Positions 10,151 to 19,243 are shown, counted from the stretch's first letter. The stretch is 64,000 bases of DNA from an uncultured Mycobacterium sp. (GCA_964413455.1 CAYPTG010000001.1:7246-71245); one strand, 5' to 3'. A program made the numbers and translations. Notes: generated from the sequence alone by a model not told the origin.

Positions 10151-10426
10151 ATGAGCAACACGCTGGCACTCGACATCACCCGCGACGCGATTCACCAGGC
10201 CGCCCTTACCTCAGGATGGCAACTCGACTCCACAAATAACGGAGTCGACAACTACTCACGCTGCGCCCCAGGAAGCTCCACCAGCCACGAAATCACCGTC
10301 GTCTACGACGCCTCAAACCGTGCAGTTGCCGCCCACTCCTACGACTGGGACACCAGCACCGGACACTTCATCGGATCCCCCGTACTCCTGACCGGTCTCC
10401 ACGATTACTTCACCAGCCGCCCGTAA
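10151..10426 (+). CDS. hypothetical protein
   Basis: 91-aa ORF; TACGAT-N7-ATG start. Confidence 0.65.
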   Translation: MSNTLALDITRDAIHQAALTSGWQLDSTNNGVDNYSRCAPGSSTSHEITVVYDASNRAVAAHSYDWDTSTGHFIGSPVLLTGLHDYFTSRP

Positions 10427-10447
10427 ACGGCGGCACCCCACCAGTTT

Positions 10448-10783
10448 TCAACAGAGAACTGATCCTAGACCAGCACCGCCCTCGCGGCCAGCATCAAGGT
10501 TTCTCTGAGTAAGCTCCCGCCGGATCAAGTCCATAAAGTCCACCGCCGCCAAGTCCGCGTCCTTGATCTCGGCGGCCACAGGCTCCCGCGGACCGGCCTG
10601 TACCGCTTGCACAAAGTCCCGCAGCGCCGCCTGCGCCGCGTCGACGTCGACCCAGCGGCTAGCAGGGCCATCCCAATTCGCGATCTCCACACAGCGCGTG
10701 TAGCCGGCGTACAACTGCTGGTCATTACACAGGTCAAGACGCACCGCCTCGGTGTCGCCGTGAGCCTGGTTATATCCCGTCAC
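10448..10783 (-). CDS. hypothetical protein
   Basis: 111-aa ORF; TAGGGT-N6-GTG start. Confidence 0.65.
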   Translation of the reverse strand: MTGYNQAHGDTEAVRLDLCNDQQLYAGYTRCVEIANWDGPASRWVDVDAAQAALRDFVQAVQAGPREPVAAEIKDADLAAVDFMDLIRRELTQRNLDAGREGGAGLGSVLC

Positions 10784-10799
10784 CGGACCACCCTAGCTA

Positions 10800-11066
10800 C
10801 TAAACCCACGGGCTGCCCAGCCAGCATCGCACCGATACCGCCGCCGACCCGTCGGCAACCCGCGTCACATCCGCCCCACGGATCCGAGTAGCACTGACCG
10901 CCGCATCAGGTTCATCCACGCTCCAGGAGACGAGGAGCTGCTCACCATCACGCTCAAACGTATCCACCTGAGGCGCCCGGTGATAACTCCACCCGAGCTC
11001 CTCGGCCTCGTGAACAATCTTCTGCCGCAAGGTCATCACCGCCTTGGGCTGCAACTTGGCCACCAT
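10800..11066 (-). CDS. hypothetical protein
   Basis: 88-aa ORF, coupled to the upstream ORF (TGATG). Confidence 0.6.
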   Translation of the reverse strand: MVAKLQPKAVMTLRQKIVHEAEELGWSYHRAPQVDTFERDGEQLLVSWSVDEPDAAVSATRIRGADVTRVADGSAAVSVRCWLGSPWV

Positions 11067-11320
11067 CAGTCCCTGCTGTCATCCACGGCGCGCCAAAACG
11101 TCAAGGCCTCGTCGTCATCCGAATCCGTAGGACTGGGAATCCCCGCCGGCAGTGCGACAAGCAGATCCTGCACAACCCACTCGATAGTCTCAGAGGTCCA
11201 CGACTCCACCGCCCCCACCGTCGCCAGCGCTCCGGCCACCGCCAGCTGGGCTGCCGTGGGGTTGATCGCCGCGGCCACCGCCCCTATGGTCGGACTCACC
11301 ATCGCGCACACCCTTGGCAT
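11066..11320 (-). CDS. hypothetical protein
   Basis: 84-aa ORF with GGAGG RBS upstream. Confidence 0.55.
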   Translation of the reverse strand: MPRVCAMVSPTIGAVAAAINPTAAQLAVAGALATVGAVESWTSETIEWVVQDLLVALPAGIPSPTDSDDDEALTFWRAVDDSRD

Positions 11321-11437
11321 TTCATCGAACCTCCCCCTCTCTCTTCACTGCACCACGCCGGGCTACGGGCGGCGCATTCACTCCTCGGAAACAGCACCAC
11401 AAAACAAGGGGGGGTCGCCCCACAGTCGCATCATCAT

Positions 11438-11752
11438 TCATGGAGCCCAGTTCCCCCGCCTTGTTGCCTGCGGCACCGCTCCCCCGCCGGGCCGCCCCAC
11501 TGGGCCCACGGTGGCGCTGCAGCCGGCCAGACATCCGGCGGCAAAGGCCGCCGAATCCGTTTCTCCGGTGCCATCGACCGGCACCCGAACCGGGGGGGCG
11601 CTCGGCGTGACCCACACCTCCGCGGACCGCCCGGAATGAGCGAGCACCATCACGGACAGGGCCGCGGCTGCCGCCACCATCACCGCCAAATACGCCGCAC
11701 ACCACACTCCGAACAGCAAAGAAACCCCTCGTACCACCCGGCTGCTGGCCAC
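11438..11752 (-). CDS. putative membrane protein
   Basis: N-terminal hydrophobic segment; directly follows the pilin-like gene. Confidence 0.45.
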   Translation of the reverse strand: MASSRVVRGVSLLFGVWCAAYLAVMVAAAAALSVMVLAHSGRSAEVWVTPSAPPVRVPVDGTGETDSAAFAAGCLAGCSATVGPVGRPGGGAVPQATRRGNWAP

Positions 11753-11767
11753 TGTAAGGAGCTTCAG

Positions 11768-12088
11768 TTACCCGAGCACGCCGGCGAAGACGCCATGGAC
11801 GAGTTCGATGATCGCCCAGACCGCGAACAGCAGGCCCTCGGCAAAAGCGAAGTTCTTCGCCTCCCCGACAAGGGATTTCGTATTCGCGCCGCCATCGCCC
11901 GCGGGTTTCCCGTCGCCCCAGTACGCCTTGAGGACCTTGATCCCGAACCCGGCGGCAAGGATGACCGCCAGCGCTGCCAGAAGGGCTCTGGTGAGGCCCA
12001 TGATGGCTCCGTTGGAGGTGCCGTCACTGCCGATATCGGCCAGATAGGTCACCGTTTCCACGGGTAGTGAACCGATTCCCCACAACAT
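11768..12088 (-). CDS. two-TM small membrane protein, VirB2/pilin-like candidate
   Basis: Two hydrophobic helices separated by a charged Gly-rich loop; about 100 aa. Confidence 0.55.
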   Translation of the reverse strand: MLWGIGSLPVETVTYLADIGSDGTSNGAIMGLTRALLAALAVILAAGFGIKVLKAYWGDGKPAGDGGANTKSLVGEAKNFAFAEGLLFAVWAIIELVHGVFAGVLG

Positions 12089-12351
12089 TTCCCGCCACCC
12101 TTCGCTTGAAGAATTCGCTCATTTCCTCCGCGGCCAAACGCTCGCTTACTGCCACGTGGGGCGAAATTAACAACGATCTGGCCAAGCTCGCCCCGACGAC
12201 ACAGTTCGCAGGCGCTGTTTTTCCCGGGCGGTATCGGCCAGTCCCCCGCCGGCCTGGCCTCGGTGCTCCACGACGGGAGGGTCCGTTGCACGGCCGATTC
12301 GCCTCTCCTGGCAGTACCGTTGACGGTATACAGCTAGAAAAAGGGGGACGA

Positions 12352-12801
12352 GTGCTTATTCCTATCGAGGCCACCATGCTCATTCCTATCGAGGTCACCA
12401 GCCTGTTGTTCCCTCACAACCACCTCGCGACCGCCGCTCTGGATGAGGCGGTCACTGCATTCAACTCCGAACTCACAGAGTGCTTTGCTTCCAGTGGGCA
12501 GGTCGTCGGGATCCCCCCCGCCGGCGTATCAAACGTGGTCAAGCTGGAAGCCACCGGGGGTAGTGGGCCGGCGGCATCAGTGGCGGTCACCGTTGCTTTA
12601 GCTGTCCTCACCGGCACCCCAGCAAGCGTGGAGGCCATCGCGGATGGATTCACCAGTAACCGGTTCCCCGCCACGACAATCCGTGTCGTGACCCGTGAAC
12701 GACTGGCCCACCTGCGCGGCCTGGGCCTGGTCGCCGCGGCGCAGAGCGCCTCTCACGAACATGCCGCTGAGCGCATCGCCGGCATCATCGGCCAGCCCTA
12801 A
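12352..12801 (+). CDS. hypothetical protein
   Basis: RBS AAGGGGGA before GTG 12352; the first 8 codons are tandemly duplicated. Confidence 0.6.
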   Translation: MLIPIEATMLIPIEVTSLLFPHNHLATAALDEAVTAFNSELTECFASSGQVVGIPPAGVSNVVKLEATGGSGPAASVAVTVALAVLTGTPASVEAIADGFTSNRFPATTIRVVTRERLAHLRGLGLVAAAQSASHEHAAERIAGIIGQP

Positions 12802-12877
12802 CCAGCGGAACAATTTCGGCCCGATTTCGGCGGCTCGTTCAGCAGTTCCACCGCATCCATGCCCTACCGTTGGCTAT

Positions 12878-13930
12878 ATGTCCATAGCTGATGATGTGGA
12901 TTTCACGCCACCGCCCCGTGACGCCGCCGCTGAAGAAGCACTCTCGCTATCGGCGTCCTGGACCGACCTCGACGTCCGGATCATCCTCTCCGCGACCGAA
13001 GACGACCAGCAACCACAGTGGCGTGATCAGCTCCCCGTCCCCGGGACGATCCTCAACCGCGTCTTCGACGCCGACGGGAGGCAGTGGTGGTGCGTCGTGC
13101 TCGACTCACCCGTCCAGCACCCCATCCCCGGCGACGCTGAGCTATCCCGCTACCCCGCCGAATATCGGGGCCACGACGACGAGGCAGGCACCTTTTTCTT
13201 CTGGGCCTACGTTCTGCTGGTCGCCTCTGCCGACGCGGATGCCCCGCTACTACTGGGCGCCACCGGCCACCGCGTCGACGTTGCCGCAGTCCTCGATGTC
13301 AGCGTGCGCGAGGACCCCGAAATCGACCCCATCAAGGTCGACCCAGTTGGGCAGGCATCCGCAGACGTCGGCCTCAGTGATGGCGACACAGACGACGATC
13401 AGAGAGACCCCGCCGGCGGCGCGGATCAGCCCGCCCCCAGTTACACCCCGGCTGAAACAACGAGGGTCGCGCACCGCCCTGCCGCCACGGCCGGCCTTAC
13501 CGCCACAGAGACCGCGGCTTGGATACAGGGCGAACTGCAGCGCCACACTGACGCCCTCCGCACCCTCGCGGGCGATATCGCCCTCTCTGAAATTCCACTG
13601 CCCCAGCAGCTTTCACCCCACACCTCGCCCTCTGACACCCACCCCCAATACATCATCGGCGACACCGAGCTGCGCTACCGTAGCCGCGATCCCCACGGGG
13701 CCTACGCCTGGCAATCCACCATCGATCCCAGTGAACTGCTGTACTGGTGCATCGACGACATCGCCCGCTCGCTCGCGTGGCGCTGGGCCCAGCGATCGCC
13801 CTCGTTCCCCGCTTTGTCGCCGGCCGTCGCCCAACGCGCACTGTGGGCGCCCTACTGGCAACTACTCATGACCGCCCTCAACCCGCAGTGGGGGGCCGCC
13901 ACGGGGCGCTCCCTTCGGGGCATCCTCTAA
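12878..13930 (+). CDS. two-domain protein with C-terminal Imm63-like immunity domain
   Basis: TIDPSELLYWCIDDIARSLA...LLMTALNPQWG resembles the Imm63 pattern; TACCGT-N7-ATG start. Confidence 0.6.
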   Translation: MSIADDVDFTPPPRDAAAEEALSLSASWTDLDVRIILSATEDDQQPQWRDQLPVPGTILNRVFDADGRQWWCVVLDSPVQHPIPGDAELSRYPAEYRGHDDEAGTFFFWAYVLLVASADADAPLLLGATGHRVDVAAVLDVSVREDPEIDPIKVDPVGQASADVGLSDGDTDDDQRDPAGGADQPAPSYTPAETTRVAHRPAATAGLTATETAAWIQGELQRHTDALRTLAGDIALSEIPLPQQLSPHTSPSDTHPQYIIGDTELRYRSRDPHGAYAWQSTIDPSELLYWCIDDIARSLAWRWAQRSPSFPALSPAVAQRALWAPYWQLLMTALNPQWGAATGRSLRGIL

Positions 13931-13970
13931 CTGTTCCTGCTGACCGACTGACCGCGGTCCTGCCGCGGGA

Positions 13971-14204
13971 TCAGCCAGCGGCTTGCAGATCCAGTAGGTA
14001 CCGAATGTACTGCTGCACCCGGCCCGGGCCGGTGAAGCCCAAGTCCGCGGCTCGCATCTCGAGCTCGTCACGTTCGGAAGGCAGAAGTCGAACGTTGACC
14101 TGCGAGGTGCGCTGCCGGATACCACTTCCGCTACGAGTTTTGGTTCCTGAACTCCCCGTCGCAGCGAAGCGATTCTCTACCAGCAGACCTACCGATGCGC
14201 TCAT
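13971..14204 (-). CDS. ribbon-helix-helix protein, MobC-like
   Basis: RQRTSQVNVRLLPSERDELEMRAA...YIRYLL strand-helix-helix pattern. Confidence 0.65.
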   Translation of the reverse strand: MSASVGLLVENRFAATGSSGTKTRSGSGIRQRTSQVNVRLLPSERDELEMRAADLGFTGPGRVQQYIRYLLDLQAAG

Positions 14205-14311
14205 TAATCAACAACTCCTACCTCGCGATATGTCTCATAATCGAACTAGTTCCATTGTAGAAGGACACAGAGCGGATATCCGCGCCCATTCCACGGCGTG
14301 TCATCGTCAAT

Positions 14312-14902
14312 ATGTATGATTATCAATCATCACCCCAGCTCGCTCCACGTTTCATTTACAAACCTCATTGCACTATAAGGACGACCTCGGTGCCCTCGGA
14401 ACACACCCGCCCCGATGCAGGGCGGCCCTGGGTGTCCTCCAGGCGGGCGGCCCAGTTGTTACGCAAGGACCCCCGCACCGTCCGCCAGCTGATCAAGAAC
14501 CTCAGCCTTGATGGCGGCTGCCAAACGACAGGCAAGCGCGCATCGTGGTTCGTCTACACCGACGTCCCTCCCTTCGCTTCAGCACCCCCGCCTGTTCAAC
14601 ACTCCCGCCTCGCCGACGAGAACGCACTCCTGCGCGCCCGGGCGGAAGCTGCCGAGGATTCGAACCGGTTGTTGCTGGACACCCAGGCAACCCTGCTCGA
14701 TGCCCTTCATGAGTATCAGCGAGGGAACAACCGTCTCCGGCAGGCCCTCGATGCCCAGCAGGCCGTACTTGATCTCTATAATCAGGCGGCAGACAGCTAC
14801 CGCAGCAGTGCCGACTCTTTGACCGCTGCTGTAGGCGGACTGAGGGATCTCGCTGCCGCCAAGGCCATTCCCGACGACCTCAGCGGCCTTGACCACCGCT
14901 AG
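14312..14902 (+). CDS. HTH plus coiled-coil DNA-binding protein (start may be the downstream GTG near 14390)
   Basis: VSSRRAAQLLRKDPRTVRQLIK HTH followed by a heptad-rich region. Confidence 0.7.
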   Translation: MYDYQSSPQLAPRFIYKPHCTIRTTSVPSEHTRPDAGRPWVSSRRAAQLLRKDPRTVRQLIKNLSLDGGCQTTGKRASWFVYTDVPPFASAPPPVQHSRLADENALLRARAEAAEDSNRLLLDTQATLLDALHEYQRGNNRLRQALDAQQAVLDLYNQAADSYRSSADSLTAAVGGLRDLAAAKAIPDDLSGLDHR

Positions 14903-14996
14903 GCCCGCCGAGCGGCCGTTCATTCGTCAAGTATCGGTCGGTGGCGGGGCCATAGAGTGGCGTCCAGGGCAGGAAACCGCAGGTGAGGAGACCCCG

Positions 14997-15800
14997 ATGG
15001 CGGATCGTTCAGGGATCGAGTGGACAGAGGCCACCTGGAACCCCGTCACCGGTTGTGACCGCATCTCCGCCGGCTGCGACCACTGCTACGCGATGCCCCT
15101 GGCCAAGAGGCTCAAGGCGATGGGCTCGGCGAAGTACCAGACCGACGGCGACACCCGCACCTCCGGTCCCGGCTTCGGCGTAACAGTGCATCCAAAGACC
15201 CTCGACGAACCGCGACGCTGGCGCAACTCCCGCGTGGTGTTCGTGAACTCGATGTCGGACCTCTTCCACGCGAAGGTGCCGATCAGCTTTATCCGTGATG
15301 TGTTCGACGTCTGTCGCGACACCCCGCACCACACCTATCAGGTGCTGACCAAGCGCAGCCTGCGTCTGCGCCGCGTCGCCGACAAACTGGACTGGCCGTC
15401 GAACCTCTGGATGGGGGTCTCGGTGGAGAACGCCGACGTCCTCGGCCGCGTCGACCACCTTCGTGAGGTGCCGGCGGCGGTGCGGTTCCTATCCTGCGAG
15501 CCGTTGATCGGACCGGTAGACGGCGTCGACCTCACGGGCATCGGTTGGGTGATCGCCGGCGGCGAGTCCGGTCCCCGGTACCGGCCGATGGACCTGTCCT
15601 GGGCGCGCGGGCTCCGCGACGCCTGCCGCGACGATGGTGTGCCATTTTTCTTCAAGCAGTGGGGTGGCCGTACCCCGAAGGCGTTCGGCCGTGAACTCGA
15701 CGGTCAGCTCTGGGACGAGATGCCCGCCGCCGCAACCGTCGTCGCCGCTGTCGGGGGCTCCATGGTTGTCTCCTCTGCGAGCGGTTCTCCCCTGGGCTAG
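14997..15800 (+). CDS. DUF5131 family (phage Gp37/Gp68-like, three-Cys) protein
   Basis: SGIEWTEATWNPVTGCDRISAGCDHCYA, VFVNSMSDLFH, FLSCEPL, GGESG, FFKQWGG. Confidence 0.93.
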   Translation: MADRSGIEWTEATWNPVTGCDRISAGCDHCYAMPLAKRLKAMGSAKYQTDGDTRTSGPGFGVTVHPKTLDEPRRWRNSRVVFVNSMSDLFHAKVPISFIRDVFDVCRDTPHHTYQVLTKRSLRLRRVADKLDWPSNLWMGVSVENADVLGRVDHLREVPAAVRFLSCEPLIGPVDGVDLTGIGWVIAGGESGPRYRPMDLSWARGLRDACRDDGVPFFFKQWGGRTPKAFGRELDGQLWDEMPAAATVVAAVGGSMVVSSASGSPLG

Positions 15801-15816
15801 TTTCGTCACTGTGACA

Positions 15817-15851
15817 CATGCTTTACGTGCTTTACATGCCTTACATGCTTT
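15817..15851. repeat. tandem 9-bp repeats (TTACATGC core)
   Basis: CATGCTTTACGTGCTTTACATGCCTTACATGCTTT; the reverse-complement unit GCATGTAAN recurs at 24120. Confidence 0.75.
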
Positions 15852-15989
15852 GACGTCACCTAACGAACGAACACCGCGTCAAAGAGATTGAACGACCCGC
15901 GTGTCTCACGAACTTGGCGGATCCGCCATCGCTCCGCCATTACTCGTGAGATTCCGCCACGTTTCGTGAGAACCTACAGTGTGTGTGCT

Positions 15990-18071
15990 TTACATGCGGC
16001 CGAGGTTTGCAAACCGCGAGATGTGGAGTTGGTGCGCCAGGGTGATCGTTCTCGTCGGACCATTGCGGTGCTTGGCGATGATGAGATCCGCCTCCCCGCA
16101 GCGCGGGTCGTCGCGTTCGAAGGCATCTGGGCGGTGGAGCAGCATCACCATGTCAGCGTCTTGCTCGATAGCGCCGGACTCACGTAGATCGGAAAGCATC
16201 GGTCTCTTGTCGGTGCGCTGTTCAGGCCCGCGGTTGAGCTGGCTGATCGCGACGACTGGAACTTCCAGTTCCTTGGCCAGGAGTTTCAGTTGGCGAGAGA
16301 ACTCCGAAACTTCCTGCTGGCGTGACTCGACTCGTTTCCCGGAAGTCATCAGTTGCAGGTAGTCGACGACGATGAGCTTGGTGTCAGATTGTTGTCGAAG
16401 CCTTCTCGCTTTCGCGCGGATCTCGGTCATGGTGAGGTTGGGGGAATCGTCGATGTACAGCGGCGCTCCGCTGATGTCGCCGATAGTCTTGCTGAGGCGT
16501 ATCCAGTCGTCGTCGTCGAGCTTTCCTGATCGCAGCGCCGAAAGGCGGACCCCTGTCTCGGCTGAGAGTAGCCGTGTGACGATTTCCGACTTACTCATTT
16601 CCAGGGAGAAGATGATGCTGGTTTTGCGTTGCCGCAGGGAGCAACTTCTCATGATGTCCAGCCCGAGGGTGGAGTTATGCGTCGGGATCATGCCCGAACC
16701 GGCTAGGTAGAGGTGGTCGGCGTTATCGACCTGTACGCATCGCACTGCGACGCTCGGTACCGGTTGGACCTGAACGACCGTGATCGGGTCGGGCGAAGGA
16801 AGGGGAAATTGGCCGGGCCGGTGGTGGTGTAGCCGGTGGCCGAGGCTGCGCATCAGATCGGCGACCAGGGCTCTCTGCTCGACCACCAGCCACCCTTGTG
16901 GGGCCCCTGTGGCGGTGGCCGCCGAGCTCAGTACCCCCTCCAGCATTCTCTGTCGTTGCCGCGCTCCTCCACGCAGGCACCTATGTCGGCACCGGTCGAT
17001 CTGTGCCCCGCCGCGGCGGCTGTAGTCCTCACTACCCAGCAGTTGGCCGACCTCGAAGGGGTCGGCGATGGACTCGTCGTCGGGAAGCGCCAAGGGTTGT
17101 GCCTGCAGGATGGTCATCCCGGCCTGTAGTTGGCCGGTGGTAGTGATCGATCCATCATGCAGCGGCCACTGGTGCTGTTCATCGGCGGTGATCTCCGTGC
17201 CGTCTGAGAACACGATCCGGTAGCAGGGGCGGCCGCGCATGATGTCGGTGGCGGCCACCACGGTGGTGGGGAAACCGTCCGCGCCGATCAGCTGGTCGCC
17301 GACCGCGACCTGCCCCATGGTGGTCCAGCCGCCGGGGGTCGGCAGCGGCGTATTCAACGCCAGCGCTTTACCGACGCCCGGCCGTGCGGCGACTACGATC
17401 ATTTGGCCGGGCTGGAGCCCGTTGGTGAGATCGTCGAGGTCGGCGAACCCTGTTGCCACCCCCCGTGACGCGGCACCGCCGCCGGTCAGGGCCTCCAGTT
17501 CGTCGAGCGCCGGGCCGACGAGGTCGTCTAGTGCGCAGTAATCCTCACTAGATCGGGCCTCGCCCAACGCGAACATCTCCGCCTGTGCTCTATCAACGAC
17601 CGCGTCGACGTCGGCGCCGTCAACGCCGCTGTAGCCGTACTGGGTGATACGGGTCCCGGCTTCCACTAGCTGGCGCAGGGTGGATTTTTCCCGCACGATC
17701 CCGGCGTAGTAGGAAGCGTTTGCCGCGGTGGGGACCAAGGACAGCAATGTGTGCAAGTAGGGCGCTCCCCCTATTCGGGCCAGTGTGCCTACCCGATCGA
17801 GGGATGCTGCGACCATCACCGCATCGGCCGGCTCACCTCGGGAGAACAGATCGATGATGGCGGAGAAGATCATCTGGTGGCGGGGGAAATAAAAGTCAGT
17901 GTGGCCTATCTGTTCGATGACATCGGCGACTGCGTCTTTGGAGAGCAGCATCGCCCCCAGGACTGACTGCTCGGCCATCTCGTCAGCCGGCGGCCGATGC
18001 AAACTGGTGGGTGGGATCGGCTCAGGGATTTCAGAGCTGTTTCGCCGGCGGGCCTGCTGCATCGCGGTCAT
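15990..18071 (-). CDS. dnaB: replicative DNA helicase DnaB containing an intein
   Basis: AEQSVLGAMLLS, AARPGVGK[intein]ST, FSLEMS, VVDYLQLM, SQLNR, SDLRESGAIEQDAD, AKHRNGPT. Confidence 0.97.
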   Translation of the reverse strand: MTAMQQARRRNSSEIPEPIPPTSLHRPPADEMAEQSVLGAMLLSKDAVADVIEQIGHTDFYFPRHQMIFSAIIDLFSRGEPADAVMVAASLDRVGTLARIGGAPYLHTLLSLVPTAANASYYAGIVREKSTLRQLVEAGTRITQYGYSGVDGADVDAVVDRAQAEMFALGEARSSEDYCALDDLVGPALDELEALTGGGAASRGVATGFADLDDLTNGLQPGQMIVVAARPGVGKALALNTPLPTPGGWTTMGQVAVGDQLIGADGFPTTVVAATDIMRGRPCYRIVFSDGTEITADEQHQWPLHDGSITTTGQLQAGMTILQAQPLALPDDESIADPFEVGQLLGSEDYSRRGGAQIDRCRHRCLRGGARQRQRMLEGVLSSAATATGAPQGWLVVEQRALVADLMRSLGHRLHHHRPGQFPLPSPDPITVVQVQPVPSVAVRCVQVDNADHLYLAGSGMIPTHNSTLGLDIMRSCSLRQRKTSIIFSLEMSKSEIVTRLLSAETGVRLSALRSGKLDDDDWIRLSKTIGDISGAPLYIDDSPNLTMTEIRAKARRLRQQSDTKLIVVDYLQLMTSGKRVESRQQEVSEFSRQLKLLAKELEVPVVAISQLNRGPEQRTDKRPMLSDLRESGAIEQDADMVMLLHRPDAFERDDPRCGEADLIIAKHRNGPTRTITLAHQLHISRFANLGRM
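16674..17366 (-). mobile_element. class 3 intein (231 aa) in the DnaB P-loop
   Basis: Starts ALALNTPLPTPGGW and ends IPTHN followed by Ser+1; W (HQW), C (VRCV), T (PTHN) triplet present. Confidence 0.92.
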
Positions 18072-19168
18072 GGCCTTCTCCGGGCTGCAGCCAAGGTTGC
18101 CCGAATCACGGCCATGTGGTGGGCGATACGCTCCCGGCTGATCCTCGGTTTCGGTGCGGTGTCCTCATCCTGGTCATGGCGGCTCGAAGCTGGCATCGGG
18201 TTTTCGGCGGGTATGGCGGGCAGCTGTGCAATCCGGTAGCGCAGGAATCCCACCGGGTTATCGATGACGTCAGGCCAGTGCCAGTTCCGATCACGCATGG
18301 AGGTGTTCATTGCGGCGATGAGCTGACGCCCGCTCCACTGGTCCAGGTGCAAGTGGCTGGATTCCAGGACAGCACACCAGGTCCCCGGGTGGGTTGAGGC
18401 ACCTCCGATGCCGACGCAGTTGGCCTGCAGGTGCGCGGCGAGCCGTTGAACGTGCAACGGCCGCGGGCGGGGCCTGGAGCGGCCCTTGTGTCGGGTTCGG
18501 CTAGGCCCTCCACGCGGACGCGCGTTTGGTGAGTTCTTCTTAACAGGACGTGAAGGTAAAAGGTTAGAACTGCTGGGGAGGTCGCAACCGGGCCGGCCGC
18601 GGCGAGAGGTCAGATGCCAGATCGAGGGTCGGTTCCGCAGCCCGTCACCGTGCCGGCCGTAGCCGCGGCTGTGTTCAACAGCCCACCCGGCCCCGGCGAG
18701 TACAGCGCGGACATTGGTGACTAGCCGCTCGGAGACATCTGCCCGTTCGGCGATGCGGGCGTTGGTGACGGCCACGTTGCGGCCGGTACGACCATCGGCG
18801 AACATGGCGATGGCGGTGATAGTGGTGAGAAATCGGGTCAGACCGAGCTTGTAGGCGCTGCGGTGGCGGGCACCGTCGGCACTCGCAGCCCAGTGACTGA
18901 CGGCGTGAATCCAGCCTCGGCGGGAGGTCCACATCGGGGCTCTGACGGTTGTCGCGGCGGGCCGTGAGGATATCCAGTCGGCGAATTCGGCACGCCGTTC
19001 TGTGTTACTGGAAGCATGGGTAGCGCTGGTAGGAAAAGAAGTACCGGCAGAACTGCTTGGTGCGCTTGCTCTGCTATCAGGGCATGAAGTACCCTGAGAC
19101 TTACCTTGCATGGGTAAAAGTCCCTTCGTTACTCGAGGGGCACGAGGGAAGCTGGTAACTTCCCTCAC
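18068..19168 (-). CDS. rep: plasmid replication initiator (HTH Rep); true start probably downstream of 19168
   Basis: FADGRTGRNVAVTNARIAERADVSERLVTNVRAVL HTH, typical of mycobacterial plasmid Reps; ATGA overlap with dnaB. Confidence 0.75.
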   Translation of the reverse strand: MREVTSFPRAPRVTKGLLPMQGKSQGTSCPDSRASAPSSSAGTSFPTSATHASSNTERRAEFADWISSRPAATTVRAPMWTSRRGWIHAVSHWAASADGARHRSAYKLGLTRFLTTITAIAMFADGRTGRNVAVTNARIAERADVSERLVTNVRAVLAGAGWAVEHSRGYGRHGDGLRNRPSIWHLTSRRGRPGCDLPSSSNLLPSRPVKKNSPNARPRGGPSRTRHKGRSRPRPRPLHVQRLAAHLQANCVGIGGASTHPGTWCAVLESSHLHLDQWSGRQLIAAMNTSMRDRNWHWPDVIDNPVGFLRYRIAQLPAIPAENPMPASSRHDQDEDTAPKPRISRERIAHHMAVIRATLAAARRRP

Positions 19169-19243
19169 GGCCCGGAGCTGGAACTCCGGTGGATGCGAAT
19201 GTGGTCGCTAACCAACTCCCCTTTCTTCAGGGGAAGTGCCGTG
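19144..19243. ncRNA. putative structured leader or antisense RNA upstream of rep
   Basis: Closing stem CACGGC/GCCGTG encloses three hairpins; an extra hairpin GAGGGAAG/CTTCCCTC lies adjacent. Confidence 0.45.

Noticed and set aside
14935-14960. PafBC/RecA-NDp-type DNA-damage promoter before DUF5131
   Set aside because: First base and spacing to TAGAGT do not fit the TGTCGG-N10-TANNNT consensus
19166-19243. tRNA gene
   Set aside because: Cloverleaf-like, but lacks the TTCRA T-loop, D-loop consensus and 7-nt anticodon loop; reported as a putative regulatory RNA instead
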